A stretch of DNA of 64,000 nucleotides from positions 67,784 through 131,783 of the forward strand of contig JAIMBI010000005.1 in assembly GCA_023565505.1 (NCBI GenBank), in the 5' to 3' direction. Every line of letters begins with the position of its first letter. Positions within the stretch are counted from its first letter, which is position 1. The notes beneath the pieces are model-generated. The model was not told the origin of the DNA and ran no database searches. It was given only the letters and a program-made list of their open reading frames with translations. This document shows positions 37,820 to 47,636 of the stretch, in pieces. The translations under genes were made by a program, and so were the position numbers. The stretch comes from Actinomycetes bacterium. GTDB lineage: Bacteria > Bacillota > Sulfobacillia > Sulfobacillales > JAIMBI01.

Positions 37820-39237
37820 GGCGTGTGCTCCTTCTCGCCTCCGCGCGGGGCGCCGCCGTCCGCGGCCCCGGCGCCGTCCCGGCCCGCCAGCGCCAGCCAC
37901 AGGCGGACCAGGGCCTCGGTGCCGCGGTAGAAGTTGTCCAGGGTGAAGAACTCGTTGGGGGCGTGGAACCGCTCGTCGGGGAGGCTGAACCCGACCAGCA
38001 CCGTCGGCGCGCCCAGGACGGACTGGAAGGTGTGGACGACAGGGATGGAGCCGCCCATGCGGATGTTGACCGGCTCTCGGCCGAACGTCGCCGCGAGGGC
38101 CCGGCGCGCCGCGGCCACCACGGGATGGTCGAGCGGGGTGAGCACCCCGGGATCCGCCTCGTGCCGCACGATCTCCAGCCGTACGGTGTCCGGGGCGCGC
38201 GCTTCGAGGAAGCGAACCACGGCGTCGACCACGGCGACGGGATCCTGGTCGGGGACCAGCCGGCAGGTGATCTTCGCCGTGGCGGAGGCGGGGACGATGG
38301 TCTTCCGGCCGTCGCCGGCGAAGCCGCCCGCTATCCCGTTGACCTCGAGAGTGGGCCGCGCCCAGACGCGCTCGAGGGTGCTGTAGCCCGGCTCGCCGAA
38401 GAGCCGGGGGCTGCCCGTGGTGCGCAGGAACTCCGCCTCGTCGAAGGGGAGCCGGGCCCACTCCGCCCGCTCGGCCGGGGTCGGTTCGCGCACCCCGTCG
38501 TAGAACCCCGGCACGGCCACCCGGCCGTCCGCGTCGTGCAGGGCGGCCAGGAGGCGTGCCAGCTCGTGGACGGGATTGGCCACGGCGCCGCCGAACACCC
38601 CCGAGTGGAGGTCCTGCGCCGGTCCCCGCACCGTAACGTCCAGGGCGGCCAAGCCTCGGAGCCCGTAGCAGATGGCGGGGACGCCGGCGGCGAACATGGG
38701 GGTGTCGGAGACGACCACCGCGTCCGCGGCCAGTTCCTCCCGGTGCGCCGCCACGAAGTCGTGCAGGTGGACGCTGCCCGACTCCTCCTCGCCTTCGAAG
38801 AGGAAGCGCAGGTTCAGCGGGATCCCGCCCGTGGCGGCCAGGGCCTCGGCCGCCAACACGTGCATGAGCACCTGGCCCTTGTCGTCGCTCGCGCCCCGCG
38901 CGTAGACGCGGCCGTCGGCGACGCGCGGGCTGAACGGCGGATGGGTCCAGGCGTCGGGGGGATCGGCCGGCTGCACGTCGTAATGGCCGTAGACGAGGAC
39001 CGTCGGCGCGCCGGGCACCGGGGCGCTCCGCGCGGTGACCACGGGGTGGCCCGCCGTCGGATGCACCCGGACGCCCTCCAGCCCGGCGCGCTCAAGCCGC
39101 TCCGCCAGCCACGCGGCCGCCCGCCTCACGTCCTCGCGGTGCGCCGGGACGGACGAGACGCTCGGGATGGCGAGGAACGCCACCAGATCCTCGAGCGCCG
39201 CCTCCCGCCGCGACGCCAATCGGTCCATCGCCTCCAT
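37816..39237 (-). CDS. M20-family dipeptidase/metallopeptidase
   Basis: Motifs: AIPSVSS, LVYGHYDVQP, RGASDDKG, FEGEEESGS, HAPNE. Start is ATG 39237 (MEAMDRL); ATG 39285 is an alternative. Confidence 0.85.
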   Translation of the reverse strand: MEAMDRLASRREAALEDLVAFLAIPSVSSVPAHREDVRRAAAWLAERLERAGLEGVRVHPTAGHPVVTARSAPVPGAPTVLVYGHYDVQPADPPDAWTHPPFSPRVADGRVYARGASDDKGQVLMHVLAAEALAATGGIPLNLRFLFEGEEESGSVHLHDFVAAHREELAADAVVVSDTPMFAAGVPAICYGLRGLAALDVTVRGPAQDLHSGVFGGAVANPVHELARLLAALHDADGRVAVPGFYDGVREPTPAERAEWARLPFDEAEFLRTTGSPRLFGEPGYSTLERVWARPTLEVNGIAGGFAGDGRKTIVPASATAKITCRLVPDQDPVAVVDAVVRFLEARAPDTVRLEIVRHEADPGVLTPLDHPVVAAARRALAATFGREPVNIRMGGSIPVVHTFQSVLGAPTVLVGFSLPDERFHAPNEFFTLDNFYRGTEALVRLWLALAGRDGAGAADGGAPRGGEKEHTP

Positions 39238-39361
39238 GCCGAGCCCCCCGAGGACGGCGGCGGACCCGGCGGTCCGCCCGCCCATTTCTTACGGCTTCAC
39301 TCGGAATTGTACACGATTGGTCCGCGGCCCACATCCCCGCACGGGCGGCCCGCGGCATCCG

Positions 39362-40606
39362 TCAGAAGATCCACGCGGCAGCCGCGAGCCCGAAGAACAG
39401 CACGGCCACGGCGGGCCAGAGGCGGCGGGCCCAGCGGGCGTTGGCCAGCGGGCCGCGGCCGGCCTCGTCGGCGATCCGGCCCAGGAAGAGGAGTGTGAGG
39501 GGCATCAGGACCGCCGAGAGTGCCTGCGTCAGGACCGCCAGGAACCCCTGGGTCCACCCCGGTCCCAGCACCAGCCCGGCGGCCAGCGCCAGGGCGAGGA
39601 AGCGCCGGATCCCCGGCCGGCGCCACCAAAGGCGGTGCCCGGCGGGCCGCGGGCGCCGGAGGAGGCCGGGCGCCCGCCCCCGGAACGCCTCGGCCAGCAT
39701 CCAGTCGGAGGACAAGGAGATGGTGACGGCGGCGAGCCACCCGGCGTCGAACACCCCCAGGGCGAACCACAGGGCGCTGGCCCGGCCGGCCTGGCGCGCC
39801 AGCCAGTCGAGCGGGTTGTAGGCCCCCGCGGGACTTCCCGCCAGGTGCGCCCCGAGCAGGAGCACGGCCGTCGCCATGGCGAGCTGGGCCAGGACCCCTG
39901 CGGCCAGGTCGACCCGGCCGCGGCGGAGCTCCCAGGCGCGCATGCCCCGGGCGACGACGGCGTTCTGCTGCCAGTAGACCATCCAGGGACAGACGGCGTT
40001 GCCCGCCAAGGCCAGGAGGTAGAACACCGTTCCGCCCGCGGGCGGGGCCCAGCGCAGCGGATCCACGCGGTGGGCGGAGGGGCTCAGGGCGGCCCAGGAG
40101 CCGAGGAAGGCGAGGTTCAGCCCGCCGACCACCAGGAGCGCGCGTTCCAGCGTCCGGTAGCGGGACAGGGAGACCAGGGCCAGCACGAGCAGCAGGGCGG
40201 CGCCCACGGCCGGACCGAACGGGATGCCGACGAGGTTCAAGGCCATGGCCATCCCGGAGAGCTCGGTGGCCAGCACCAGGATGTTGAGCGCGTGCATGCC
40301 GAGCGCCAGGCAGCGTGCGGGTCCGGCGCCGAAGCGGTCGGTCACCACTCGGGCGAACGGCCGGCCGGTGGCCAGCCCGACCCGGAGCGCCATATCCTGG
40401 ATGAAGACGGTCAGGATCCCCAGCAGCACCAGGGCCGGCAGGAACAGCCCCAGCTGGTGGCGGGCCCCGGTGAGCAGGTAGGAGGTCATCCCTCCCGCGT
40501 CGTTGTCGGCGACGAGGCCGATGAGTCCCGGGCCGAGCGCGCCGAGGGCCTTAAGCCCCCAACGCCAGGCGGGCGGCCGGAGGTCCTGGGGGCGCCGGTG
40601 CAACAC
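39362..40606 (-). CDS. NRAMP-family divalent metal transporter (MntH-like)
   Basis: 414 aa, polytopic. N-terminal GPGLIGLVADNDAGGMTSY (the DPGN-equivalent region) and about 11 TM helices. Confidence 0.75.
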   Translation of the reverse strand: MLHRRPQDLRPPAWRWGLKALGALGPGLIGLVADNDAGGMTSYLLTGARHQLGLFLPALVLLGILTVFIQDMALRVGLATGRPFARVVTDRFGAGPARCLALGMHALNILVLATELSGMAMALNLVGIPFGPAVGAALLLVLALVSLSRYRTLERALLVVGGLNLAFLGSWAALSPSAHRVDPLRWAPPAGGTVFYLLALAGNAVCPWMVYWQQNAVVARGMRAWELRRGRVDLAAGVLAQLAMATAVLLLGAHLAGSPAGAYNPLDWLARQAGRASALWFALGVFDAGWLAAVTISLSSDWMLAEAFRGRAPGLLRRPRPAGHRLWWRRPGIRRFLALALAAGLVLGPGWTQGFLAVLTQALSAVLMPLTLLFLGRIADEAGRGPLANARWARRLWPAVAVLFFGLAAAAWIF

Positions 40607-40734
40607 GTTCTCGCCTCCCCGGCATCGTATGAGCCGGGTGGGGCGGGAGCCCGGCGGCGGCCGCCCGGCCGGACCCGGGGCGGAGGAAGTGGGCCGCCCC
40701 GCGGAGAACCTCCACGCGACAAGGGGGGGCGACC

Positions 40735-42012
40735 GTGGCGAGCCGCATGGGGGAAGAGGAGAAGGTCCTCAAGGACCCGGTGCACGGGTACGTCTACATC
40801 CACGACCCGTTGTTCTGGGACCTGGTCAACACGCGGGAGGTGCAGCGGCTCAGGCGGATCCGCCAGCTCGGGACCACCTACCTCACCTACCCGGGCGGCG
40901 AGCACAGCCGCTTTTCGCACGCCCTGGGCACGTACGAGGTGCTCCGGCGCATCCTCCAGGCCTTCGGGCGGAACGGATATCCGGTAGAGCCGGACTGGGC
41001 CCGCCTGGTCATGGCGGCGGGGCTGTTGCACGACATCGGCCACGGCCCGTTCTCGCACGCCCTCGAGCCCCTGTGGGGCCCGTCCCACGAGGCGTGGGGG
41101 GAGCGCATCCTGCTGGACCCGGCCACGGAGGTGCATCAGGTCCTGGCCGCCGTGGCGCCCGCGTTCCCCGGTGAGGTGGCCGACGTCGTCATGAAGCGGC
41201 ACCCCAACCGCCTCGCCGTCTCGATGGTCTCGGGCCAGCTGGACGCGGACCGCCTCGACTACCTGATGCGCGACTCCATCTTCACCGGGGTGGACTACGG
41301 CAAGTTCGACCTGGCGCGCATCCTGCGGGTCATCCTCCCCCTGGGCGACCGCCTGGTGGTCAAACGCACGGGGATCCACACCGTGGAGGCCTATCTCCTG
41401 GCCCGGTACTTCATGTACTGGCAGGTGTACCTGCACCCCGTCTGCCGCAGCGGGGAGATCCTCCTGCGGAAGATCCTGTGGCGGGCCCGCGACCTGACCC
41501 GGGCGGGGCGCCGTCCGGCCGCGCCGCATCCGGCTTTGGCGGCCTGGCTGGAGGGGGACGCCCTGGACCTCGACGGCTACCTGGCGCTGGACGACGCCGT
41601 GGTGCAGTGCGCCATCGGCCTGTGGCAGGACGATGCGGACCCGGTGCTGCGCGACCTCGCCCGCCGCCTCATGGACCGCCGCCTCTTCAAGTACGCCGAG
41701 TTCCCGCCGGACCAGGACCCGCGGCTGTACGGGCGGCTCGAGCACCTCGCCCGCGAACGGGGCTACGACCCCGCCTACTACCTGGAAGTCGACGCCACCT
41801 CGGCCGTGTATTATGACTATTACGTGGGCGACGAAGGCCCGGCGGGCCGCGACGGCGCCCTCTACCTCTGGGACGGCCGGACGCTGGTGGAGATGTCGCG
41901 CCTGTCGCGGCCCATCCAGGGCATCGCCCGCGAGCGGCAGTCGGAACGCCGGGTGTATTTTCCCGAGAGCATCGCCGCCGAGGCGGAGCGGATCCTGGGG
42001 GGCCGGGGCTGA
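40735..42012 (+). CDS. HD-domain phosphohydrolase (dNTP triphosphohydrolase-like, YwfO/SAMHD1 fold)
   Basis: Motifs: VLKDPVHGYV, RIRQLG, RFSHALGT, LLHDIGHGPFSH, GQLDADRLDYLMRD. Start is GTG 40735 or ATG 40747. Confidence 0.85.
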   Translation: MASRMGEEEKVLKDPVHGYVYIHDPLFWDLVNTREVQRLRRIRQLGTTYLTYPGGEHSRFSHALGTYEVLRRILQAFGRNGYPVEPDWARLVMAAGLLHDIGHGPFSHALEPLWGPSHEAWGERILLDPATEVHQVLAAVAPAFPGEVADVVMKRHPNRLAVSMVSGQLDADRLDYLMRDSIFTGVDYGKFDLARILRVILPLGDRLVVKRTGIHTVEAYLLARYFMYWQVYLHPVCRSGEILLRKILWRARDLTRAGRRPAAPHPALAAWLEGDALDLDGYLALDDAVVQCAIGLWQDDADPVLRDLARRLMDRRLFKYAEFPPDQDPRLYGRLEHLARERGYDPAYYLEVDATSAVYYDYYVGDEGPAGRDGALYLWDGRTLVEMSRLSRPIQGIARERQSERRVYFPESIAAEAERILGGRG

Positions 42013-42035
42013 GCGCGCGAGAGAGGGGGCTGTCG

Positions 42036-43133
42036 TTGGGCACGGGAGGCGAGCGGGACGGCCGGGCGTGCCTGGTCGGGACGCCCGGGGACCCCGGCGG
42101 CGGGCCGGCGCCGGTCGGTCGCGGGTCGGCGGATGCCGGCGGGGAGCGTGACGCCGCCGCGGTCGCCGTCCTGGTGATCCCCGACGACACACCGGAGTTC
42201 GGCGGCAACTGGGTGAGCGCGCATCGGGTGGCGCGGGCGCTGGCCCTGGAGGGCCGGCGGGCCGAGGTGGTGCCCGCCGCCGCGGCGCCGCTGGCCGGCC
42301 CGGTGCTGCATGCCTTCAACGCCAACACCGCCGTGAAGCTCCTGGAGCGGGGGGCGGATCCCGGCCGCCTCGTGGTGACCTGGACCGGGACCGACGTGTG
42401 GACCGACCTGGTCCGCGACCCGGCGCGGTTCGCGGTCCTGGACCCGGTGCCGTGCCAGACGGTCCTGGAGCCGGGCGCGCGGCGGGCCATCCTGGCGCGG
42501 TATCCCGCCTGGGCCGACCGGGTGGCGGTGGTGCCTCCGGGCGTCGACACCCGGCGCTTCGGCCCCCGCGGTCCCCGCGAGGCGCTGGCCCAACCGGCGT
42601 GCCTCCTGGTCGGGGGCGGCCGGCCCGTCAAGCGGTCCCTCGAGGCGGTCGACCTGGTGGCGGCGGTCCGCGAGGCCGGCGTGCCGGCGGAGCTGGTGGT
42701 CCTGGGTCCGCCGCGGGATCCGGCCTATTGGGCCGCCCTCGAGGCCGCGGCGGCGGTCCGGCCGTGGCTCCGGACCGTGCCCGTGGTGCCCTTCGAGGCC
42801 ATGCCGCGATGGTACCGGGCCGCCGCCCTGGTGGTGAACAACTCCCTCGTCGAGGGCGTCTCCAACGCGCTCCTGGAGGCCATGGCCTCGGGCTGCGCGG
42901 TGCTGGCCCACGATATCCCGGGCAACCGGGCGCTCGTCGCCGACGGGCGGACGGGCGTGCTGTTCCGGGATGCGGCGGCGTTCGTGGCCGCGGCGGTGCG
43001 GCTGCTCCAGGATCCTGCGGCGCGGCAGGCCCTCGGCCGGCGCGCCCGCGCGAGCGTCCGGCGCCGGTTCGACGCCCGCCGCGAGGCGGACCGCTTCCTG
43101 GCGCTCTACGCGCGGGCCCGGACGGCGCCGTAG
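42036..43133 (+). CDS. Glycosyltransferase, GT4 (GT-B) family
   Basis: C-terminal sugar-nucleotide domain: LVNNSLVEGVSNALLEAMASGCAVLAHDIPGNRALVADGRTGVLF (E-x7-E type). TTG 42036 follows GAGAGGGGG; the start is uncertain. Confidence 0.72.
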   Translation: MGTGGERDGRACLVGTPGDPGGGPAPVGRGSADAGGERDAAAVAVLVIPDDTPEFGGNWVSAHRVARALALEGRRAEVVPAAAAPLAGPVLHAFNANTAVKLLERGADPGRLVVTWTGTDVWTDLVRDPARFAVLDPVPCQTVLEPGARRAILARYPAWADRVAVVPPGVDTRRFGPRGPREALAQPACLLVGGGRPVKRSLEAVDLVAAVREAGVPAELVVLGPPRDPAYWAALEAAAAVRPWLRTVPVVPFEAMPRWYRAAALVVNNSLVEGVSNALLEAMASGCAVLAHDIPGNRALVADGRTGVLFRDAAAFVAAAVRLLQDPAARQALGRRARASVRRRFDARREADRFLALYARARTAP

Positions 43134-43178
43134 ACCCGGGCGGCATCCGAGATCGTCCTGGAGGGGGCCGACGGCGGC

Positions 43179-44501
43179 ATGGGGCAGGTCATCGTGCGAC
43201 TCGACGTGGAGGACTGGCTGACGCCGGCCGCCGACTGGGCCCTGGAGGCCATCGTGGGCCTGTTGGAGACCTACGGGATCCGCGCCAACACCGCGGTGGT
43301 CGGTCGGCGCGCGGCCTCCCTCGTCGGGCGGGGCCGGGGCGATCTCCTCCGGCGCCTGGCCGCACGGGGGACCGTCGGGTATCACTCCTTCAGCCACAGC
43401 GAGCATCCCACCCTGGCGGAGGACCTCGAGCGGTTCGGGCCGGACGAGGCCGTGGCCCGGTTCGTGGCCCGCGAGCGGCCGGGCCTGGACATCCTGCGCC
43501 GGGCGGGGCTCGAGCCGCGCTTCTTTACCCAGCCCGGGGGCAACTGGGTGCCCGAGGCCGCGGTGGCGGGACCCGCCCTCGGGCTGGCCGCCTACTTCTC
43601 GGAGGCCTGGAACGCCTACCTGGTCCCCGCCCGCGAGCCGCTCTGGCTCGGGTCGGTCCTGCACTTGGCTCCGCCGGTCGACATGCCCAAGGGATTCCTC
43701 TTCGGCCTGCCCGAGGGCGTGGAGCCGGCCCTGGAGGCGGTGTGGGCGGCTTGGCGCCGGGGCACGTGGGCCGTCCTGGTGACCCACCCGACGGAGCTGG
43801 TGACCACCCGCTTCTGGGACGCGGACAACTTCGGCGGCGGGCGGACCGCCTACCCCCGGGTGCCGGCGCCCACCCGGCCGGCCGCCGCCTGGGAACAGGC
43901 CCGGGCCGGGCTCGAACGGTATCTCGCGGCCTTGACCCACGCGGGGGCGGAGTGGGTCACGGTGGCGGATCTGCTGGAGGCGGCGGCGCCGCCGGCCCCC
44001 ACCTGGGTGGACCGGGCGACCCTGGCCGAGTCCCTCGGGCGCCACGGGTTCGGACCGATGCGCGTGCCGGGGGGAAGCCTGTCCGCCGCCGAGGCGGTCT
44101 GGGCGCTCGCGGCCTGGGCGGAGGGGGGGCGCGATCCCTTGGCCGTCCCGGCGGTCGGCCCGCCGGATCCGCGACGCAACGAGCCGGGCGACCTCGCCCG
44201 GGGCATCCTGCGGAGCGTGGCGGACGGCGGCACCCTGCCGGGCCGGGTGGGCGGCCTGGGGTTGGCCGAGGCGGCGGGCGTCCTGGCCCGCCGGATGGGG
44301 CTCGGAAGCGTGCCGGTCACGTGCACCGCGTGGGTCCGTCGCCCCGCGGCGCTGCACTGGGATTGGCCCATCTTCCCGCCGGGGTTCGCCGCCTGGCGCC
44401 TGTGGACCGAGGCGCGGCGGCTGTCCTGGACGCTCAAGCCGGTCGTGTGGCGGCGGCCGCTCTGGGTCGCCGCAGAGCAGCAAGGAGGGGCGGAGCCGTG
44501 A
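43179..44501 (+). CDS. Polysaccharide-deacetylase-like (NodB/CE4-type fold) protein
   Basis: 440 aa with VRLDVEDW and GYHSFSHSEHP (HSxxH-type metal motif). The family assignment is tentative. Confidence 0.5.
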   Translation: MGQVIVRLDVEDWLTPAADWALEAIVGLLETYGIRANTAVVGRRAASLVGRGRGDLLRRLAARGTVGYHSFSHSEHPTLAEDLERFGPDEAVARFVARERPGLDILRRAGLEPRFFTQPGGNWVPEAAVAGPALGLAAYFSEAWNAYLVPAREPLWLGSVLHLAPPVDMPKGFLFGLPEGVEPALEAVWAAWRRGTWAVLVTHPTELVTTRFWDADNFGGGRTAYPRVPAPTRPAAAWEQARAGLERYLAALTHAGAEWVTVADLLEAAAPPAPTWVDRATLAESLGRHGFGPMRVPGGSLSAAEAVWALAAWAEGGRDPLAVPAVGPPDPRRNEPGDLARGILRSVADGGTLPGRVGGLGLAEAAGVLARRMGLGSVPVTCTAWVRRPAALHWDWPIFPPGFAAWRLWTEARRLSWTLKPVVWRRPLWVAAEQQGGAEP

Positions 44502-45514
44502 AGGCCGTGGTGGTCCATCAGCCGGGCGGGCCCGAGGTGCTCGGCGTGGAGACGGTTTTGGACCCCGAGCCGGGTCCGGGGGAGGTGCTGGTCGCCGTCC
44601 GGGCTGCGGGCGTCAACCACCGCGACGTGTGGCGCCGGCAGGGTGCGCTGGGGCCCGTCGTGCCGCCGGGCATCCTCGGCAGCGACGCGGCGGGCGAGGT
44701 CCGGGCGGTCGGGCCCGGGGTGACGGGCTTCGTGGTGGGCGACCGGGTGGTGGTGTGCCCCGGGCGCTCCTGCGGACGGTGCCCGGCGTGCCTGGCGGGG
44801 CAGGACGACGCCTGCCCGGCGTTTGCTATCGCCGAAGGGGCGTACGCGGAGCTGTGGGTGGCGCCGGAGGACCGGGTGGTGCCCATGCCGTCAGGCATCA
44901 CCTTCGAGGAGGCGGCGGCCGTGGGCATCCCCTACATGACGGCGGAGGCCGCCCTGCTGCGCGCGGATCCCCGCCCAGGCCAGTCCCTGGTGGTGTGGGG
45001 CGCGACCGGGGGGTTGGGCGTGGCGGCGGTGCAGCTCGGCCGGCTCCGCGGGCTTCGGGTGATCGCCGTGACCCGGCGCGCCGACAAGGCGGACCGGCTG
45101 CTCCGGGAGGGCGCCCACGAAGTGGTGGTGGGGGATCCGGCGGCGGACGACCTGGCGGCGGAGGTCCTGCGGCGCACGGGCGGGCGCGGGGCGGACGTGG
45201 TGTTCGACTCGGTCGGCCAGGCGAGCTTCGGACAGTCGCTGGCGATGGCGGCGCGCGGCGGCGTGGTGGTGACCGTGGGGGCGACCACCGGCGGGGCGGT
45301 GGGGTTGGATCTGGCGACGGTGTTCCGGCGCCGGCTGACGGTGGTGGGCGGCTACCTGGGACCGCGCGGCACGCTGATGCGGCTGTTGGGGCTGTTCGCC
45401 CGGGGGGCGCTCCGGCCGGTGATCGACACGGTGCTGCCGCTGGCCGAGGCGGCCGAGGCCCACCGGCGGCTCGAGGCGGCCCAGGTGTTCGGGAAGATCG
45501 TGCTGACCCCGTAG
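44498..45514 (+). CDS. Zinc-type alcohol dehydrogenase / quinone oxidoreductase (MDR family)
   Basis: GTG 44498 overlaps the upstream stop (GTGA), after AAGGAGGGG. Motifs: GVNHRD, GSDAAGEV, CGRCPAC, nucleotide loop VWGATGGLG. Confidence 0.85.
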   Translation: MKAVVVHQPGGPEVLGVETVLDPEPGPGEVLVAVRAAGVNHRDVWRRQGALGPVVPPGILGSDAAGEVRAVGPGVTGFVVGDRVVVCPGRSCGRCPACLAGQDDACPAFAIAEGAYAELWVAPEDRVVPMPSGITFEEAAAVGIPYMTAEAALLRADPRPGQSLVVWGATGGLGVAAVQLGRLRGLRVIAVTRRADKADRLLREGAHEVVVGDPAADDLAAEVLRRTGGRGADVVFDSVGQASFGQSLAMAARGGVVVTVGATTGGAVGLDLATVFRRRLTVVGGYLGPRGTLMRLLGLFARGALRPVIDTVLPLAEAAEAHRRLEAAQVFGKIVLTP

Positions 45515-45515
45515 G

Positions 45516-46919
45516 TCAGCGGGTCGGTTCGGCCTGCCGGGGCTCGTCCGGCGGGGCGGGCAGGTCGACGACGAACCGGGCGCCGCCTTCGGCGCGGTTC
45601 TCCGCCGCCACGCGGCCCCCGTGCGCTTCGACCAGCGCCTTGACGATGGCCAGGCCCAGGCCCGCGCCGCCGGCGGCGCGGGAGCGGGCCTGGTCGCCGC
45701 GGAAGAACCGTTCGAAGAGGTGCGGCAGTGCGGCGGGCGGGATGCCGGGCCCGTGGTCCTCCACCACGATGCGGGCGCCCAGGGGCCCGGGGCCGGCGCG
45801 GACGACGACCGGCAGCGGGGCCGGCGTGTGGCGGAGCGCGTTGTCCACCAGGTTCATGACCACCTCGGCCAGGCGGTCGCGGTCCGCCCAGACCCGGGCC
45901 GGCTCCACGACCAGCGAGAGGCGGTCGCCGCCCAGGGAGCGGAGCGTCGGTTCCAGATCGGCCAGCCAGCGCTCCAGGCGGATGGGCTCGGGGCGCACCT
46001 CCTGGGCCGGCGCGACGTCCAGGCGCGAGAGGGTGAGCAACTGCGTCACCAGCCGCGTCATCCGGGCGGTCTCGCGCTTCATGGCGGCCAGGCTCTGCTG
46101 CCGTTCCCCCTCGGTGAGGTCCCCGTGGGCCCAGACCTCGAGGAAGCCCGACAGGGCCGTGAGCGGCGTGCGCAGTTCGTGCGAGGCGTCGGCGAGGAAA
46201 CGGCGCATCTCCTCCTGGGCCTGGCGCTCGCCCGCGAACGCGTCCTGGACGGCGGCGGACATCCGGTTGACCGCCTCGCCGAGGCGGACCAGCTCCTCCG
46301 GCGCGTCCCGGACGTCGGCCTGGCGGCCGTAGCCGCCCGCCGCGATCTCCTCCGTCGTCGCGATGACCCGCCCGAGCGGCTCGAGGGTGCGCCGGACGCT
46401 GACGACCCCGAGCAGCCCCACGGCCGCTAGCACGGCGAACGCCAGGATGCCGTACAGCTCCATGACCCGCGTCAGGATGGCCCGCATCGGCGCCGTGCTC
46501 TCCAGGAGCCAGATGGTGCCAAGGCGCGTGCCCTGCTCCAGCATGGCCGACCCCACCACGATGTGGCCGGACCAGACGAGGTAGGTGCCTGCGGCGGGCA
46601 GGGGCGGCACGGCGTTGGCCGGCAGCGTGGGCGAGTTGGCGATGGCGAAGCCGCTGGGATTGGCCAGCACCACCTCGACCCCCGGGGCCCGGAAGCGGTT
46701 GAGGAGGATGGGGACGAGGTCGGAGAACGTGGCGTGGTGGAGTGAGTGGTGCAGCAGCGGCTCGAGGACCGACAGCTCGTCCAGGAGCGTGCGCGCCGCG
46801 GCGTCGTAGAGCACCTGGCGCAGGATGAGGAGCTGCGTCACGCCCAGGACCACCAGCAGGATGAAGAGCAGGGCGAGCTGTTGGCCGATGAGCGCGCGGG
46901 CGAGGGAACGACCGGGCAT
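45516..46919 (-). CDS. Two-component sensor histidine kinase (HAMP-HisKA-HATPase_c)
   Basis: Two TM helices, a HAMP domain, H-box FLADASHELRTPL, N-box VMNLVDNALRH, G-boxes EDHGPGI and GGAGLGLAIV. Confidence 0.88.
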   Translation of the reverse strand: MPGRSLARALIGQQLALLFILLVVLGVTQLLILRQVLYDAAARTLLDELSVLEPLLHHSLHHATFSDLVPILLNRFRAPGVEVVLANPSGFAIANSPTLPANAVPPLPAAGTYLVWSGHIVVGSAMLEQGTRLGTIWLLESTAPMRAILTRVMELYGILAFAVLAAVGLLGVVSVRRTLEPLGRVIATTEEIAAGGYGRQADVRDAPEELVRLGEAVNRMSAAVQDAFAGERQAQEEMRRFLADASHELRTPLTALSGFLEVWAHGDLTEGERQQSLAAMKRETARMTRLVTQLLTLSRLDVAPAQEVRPEPIRLERWLADLEPTLRSLGGDRLSLVVEPARVWADRDRLAEVVMNLVDNALRHTPAPLPVVVRAGPGPLGARIVVEDHGPGIPPAALPHLFERFFRGDQARSRAAGGAGLGLAIVKALVEAHGGRVAAENRAEGGARFVVDLPAPPDEPRQAEPTR

Positions 46920-46920
46920 G

Positions 46921-47586
46921 TCAGTCCCCGAGGCGGTAGCCGAACCCGCGGATGGTCTGGATGAGCGTCTTGTCCCGGTCCCCGAGCTTGTCCCGAAGAC
47001 TGGAGATGTGCACCTCCACCAGGTTGTCGTCGCCGGGGAAGTCGTACCCCCAGACGTGGCTCAGGATCTGGGCCTTGGACAGCACCTTGTTGGGGTTGAG
47101 CAAAAGATAGCGCAACAGCTCGTACTCCTTGGCCGTGAGGTTGACCGACTCGCCGTCCACGGTGACCTTGTGGGCGGGGTCGTTCATCACCACCGGCCCG
47201 AAGCGGAGGGCCTCGTCGCGCGGCGCGACGCGGCGGAGTCCGGCGCGGAGCCGGGCCACCAGCTCGTCGATGCTGAACGGCTTGACCATGTAGTCGTCCG
47301 CGCCGCCCTCGAGGCCGGCCACGCGGTCCGCGACGGCGTCGCGGGCCGTGAGCATCAGGATGTAGATGTTGGGGTCCTGCCGGAGCCGCCGGCAGAGCTC
47401 GAATCCGTCGAGGTTCGGCATCATGATGTCGATGACCGCTGCGTGGGGCAGGAACCGCGGCACGGCGGCCAGCGCCTCCTCGCCGTCGGCGTAGGTCTCG
47501 ACCTCGAAGCCGGCTCGTCCCAGGGCAATCTTGAGCAGCTCGCGGAGACTCTGCTCGTCGTCCACCACCATGACCCGGTCCGCCAT
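46921..47586 (-). CDS. OmpR-family response regulator
   Basis: ATG 47586 follows GAGAGGGAAGG. Receiver domain VMVVDDE...IDIMMPNLDG...KPF. Winged helix LTAKEYELLRYL...RGFGYRL. Confidence 0.9.
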   Translation of the reverse strand: MADRVMVVDDEQSLRELLKIALGRAGFEVETYADGEEALAAVPRFLPHAAVIDIMMPNLDGFELCRRLRQDPNIYILMLTARDAVADRVAGLEGGADDYMVKPFSIDELVARLRAGLRRVAPRDEALRFGPVVMNDPAHKVTVDGESVNLTAKEYELLRYLLLNPNKVLSKAQILSHVWGYDFPGDDNLVEVHISSLRDKLGDRDKTLIQTIRGFGYRLGD

Positions 47587-47636
47587 CTCGCCTTCCCTCT
47601 CTCCCGTGCGGCGTCGCGTTGGGCGCGGGGCGGCTG

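Noticed and set aside
40735-42012. HD-domain dNTPase-like protein as a possible anti-phage dGTPase-type defence gene
   Set aside because: It is flanked by housekeeping genes (NRAMP transporter, glycosyltransferase) and is not near the defence operon. The sequence resembles the widespread YwfO-type HD phosphohydrolases. Nothing in the sequence supports a defence role.
42036-44501. GT4 glycosyltransferase plus deacetylase-like gene pair as bacillithiol (bshA/bshB) biosynthesis
   Set aside because: The second protein shows NodB/CE4-like motifs, not LmbE-type motifs. The GT4 N-terminal acceptor domain is not diagnostic. The evidence is insufficient.
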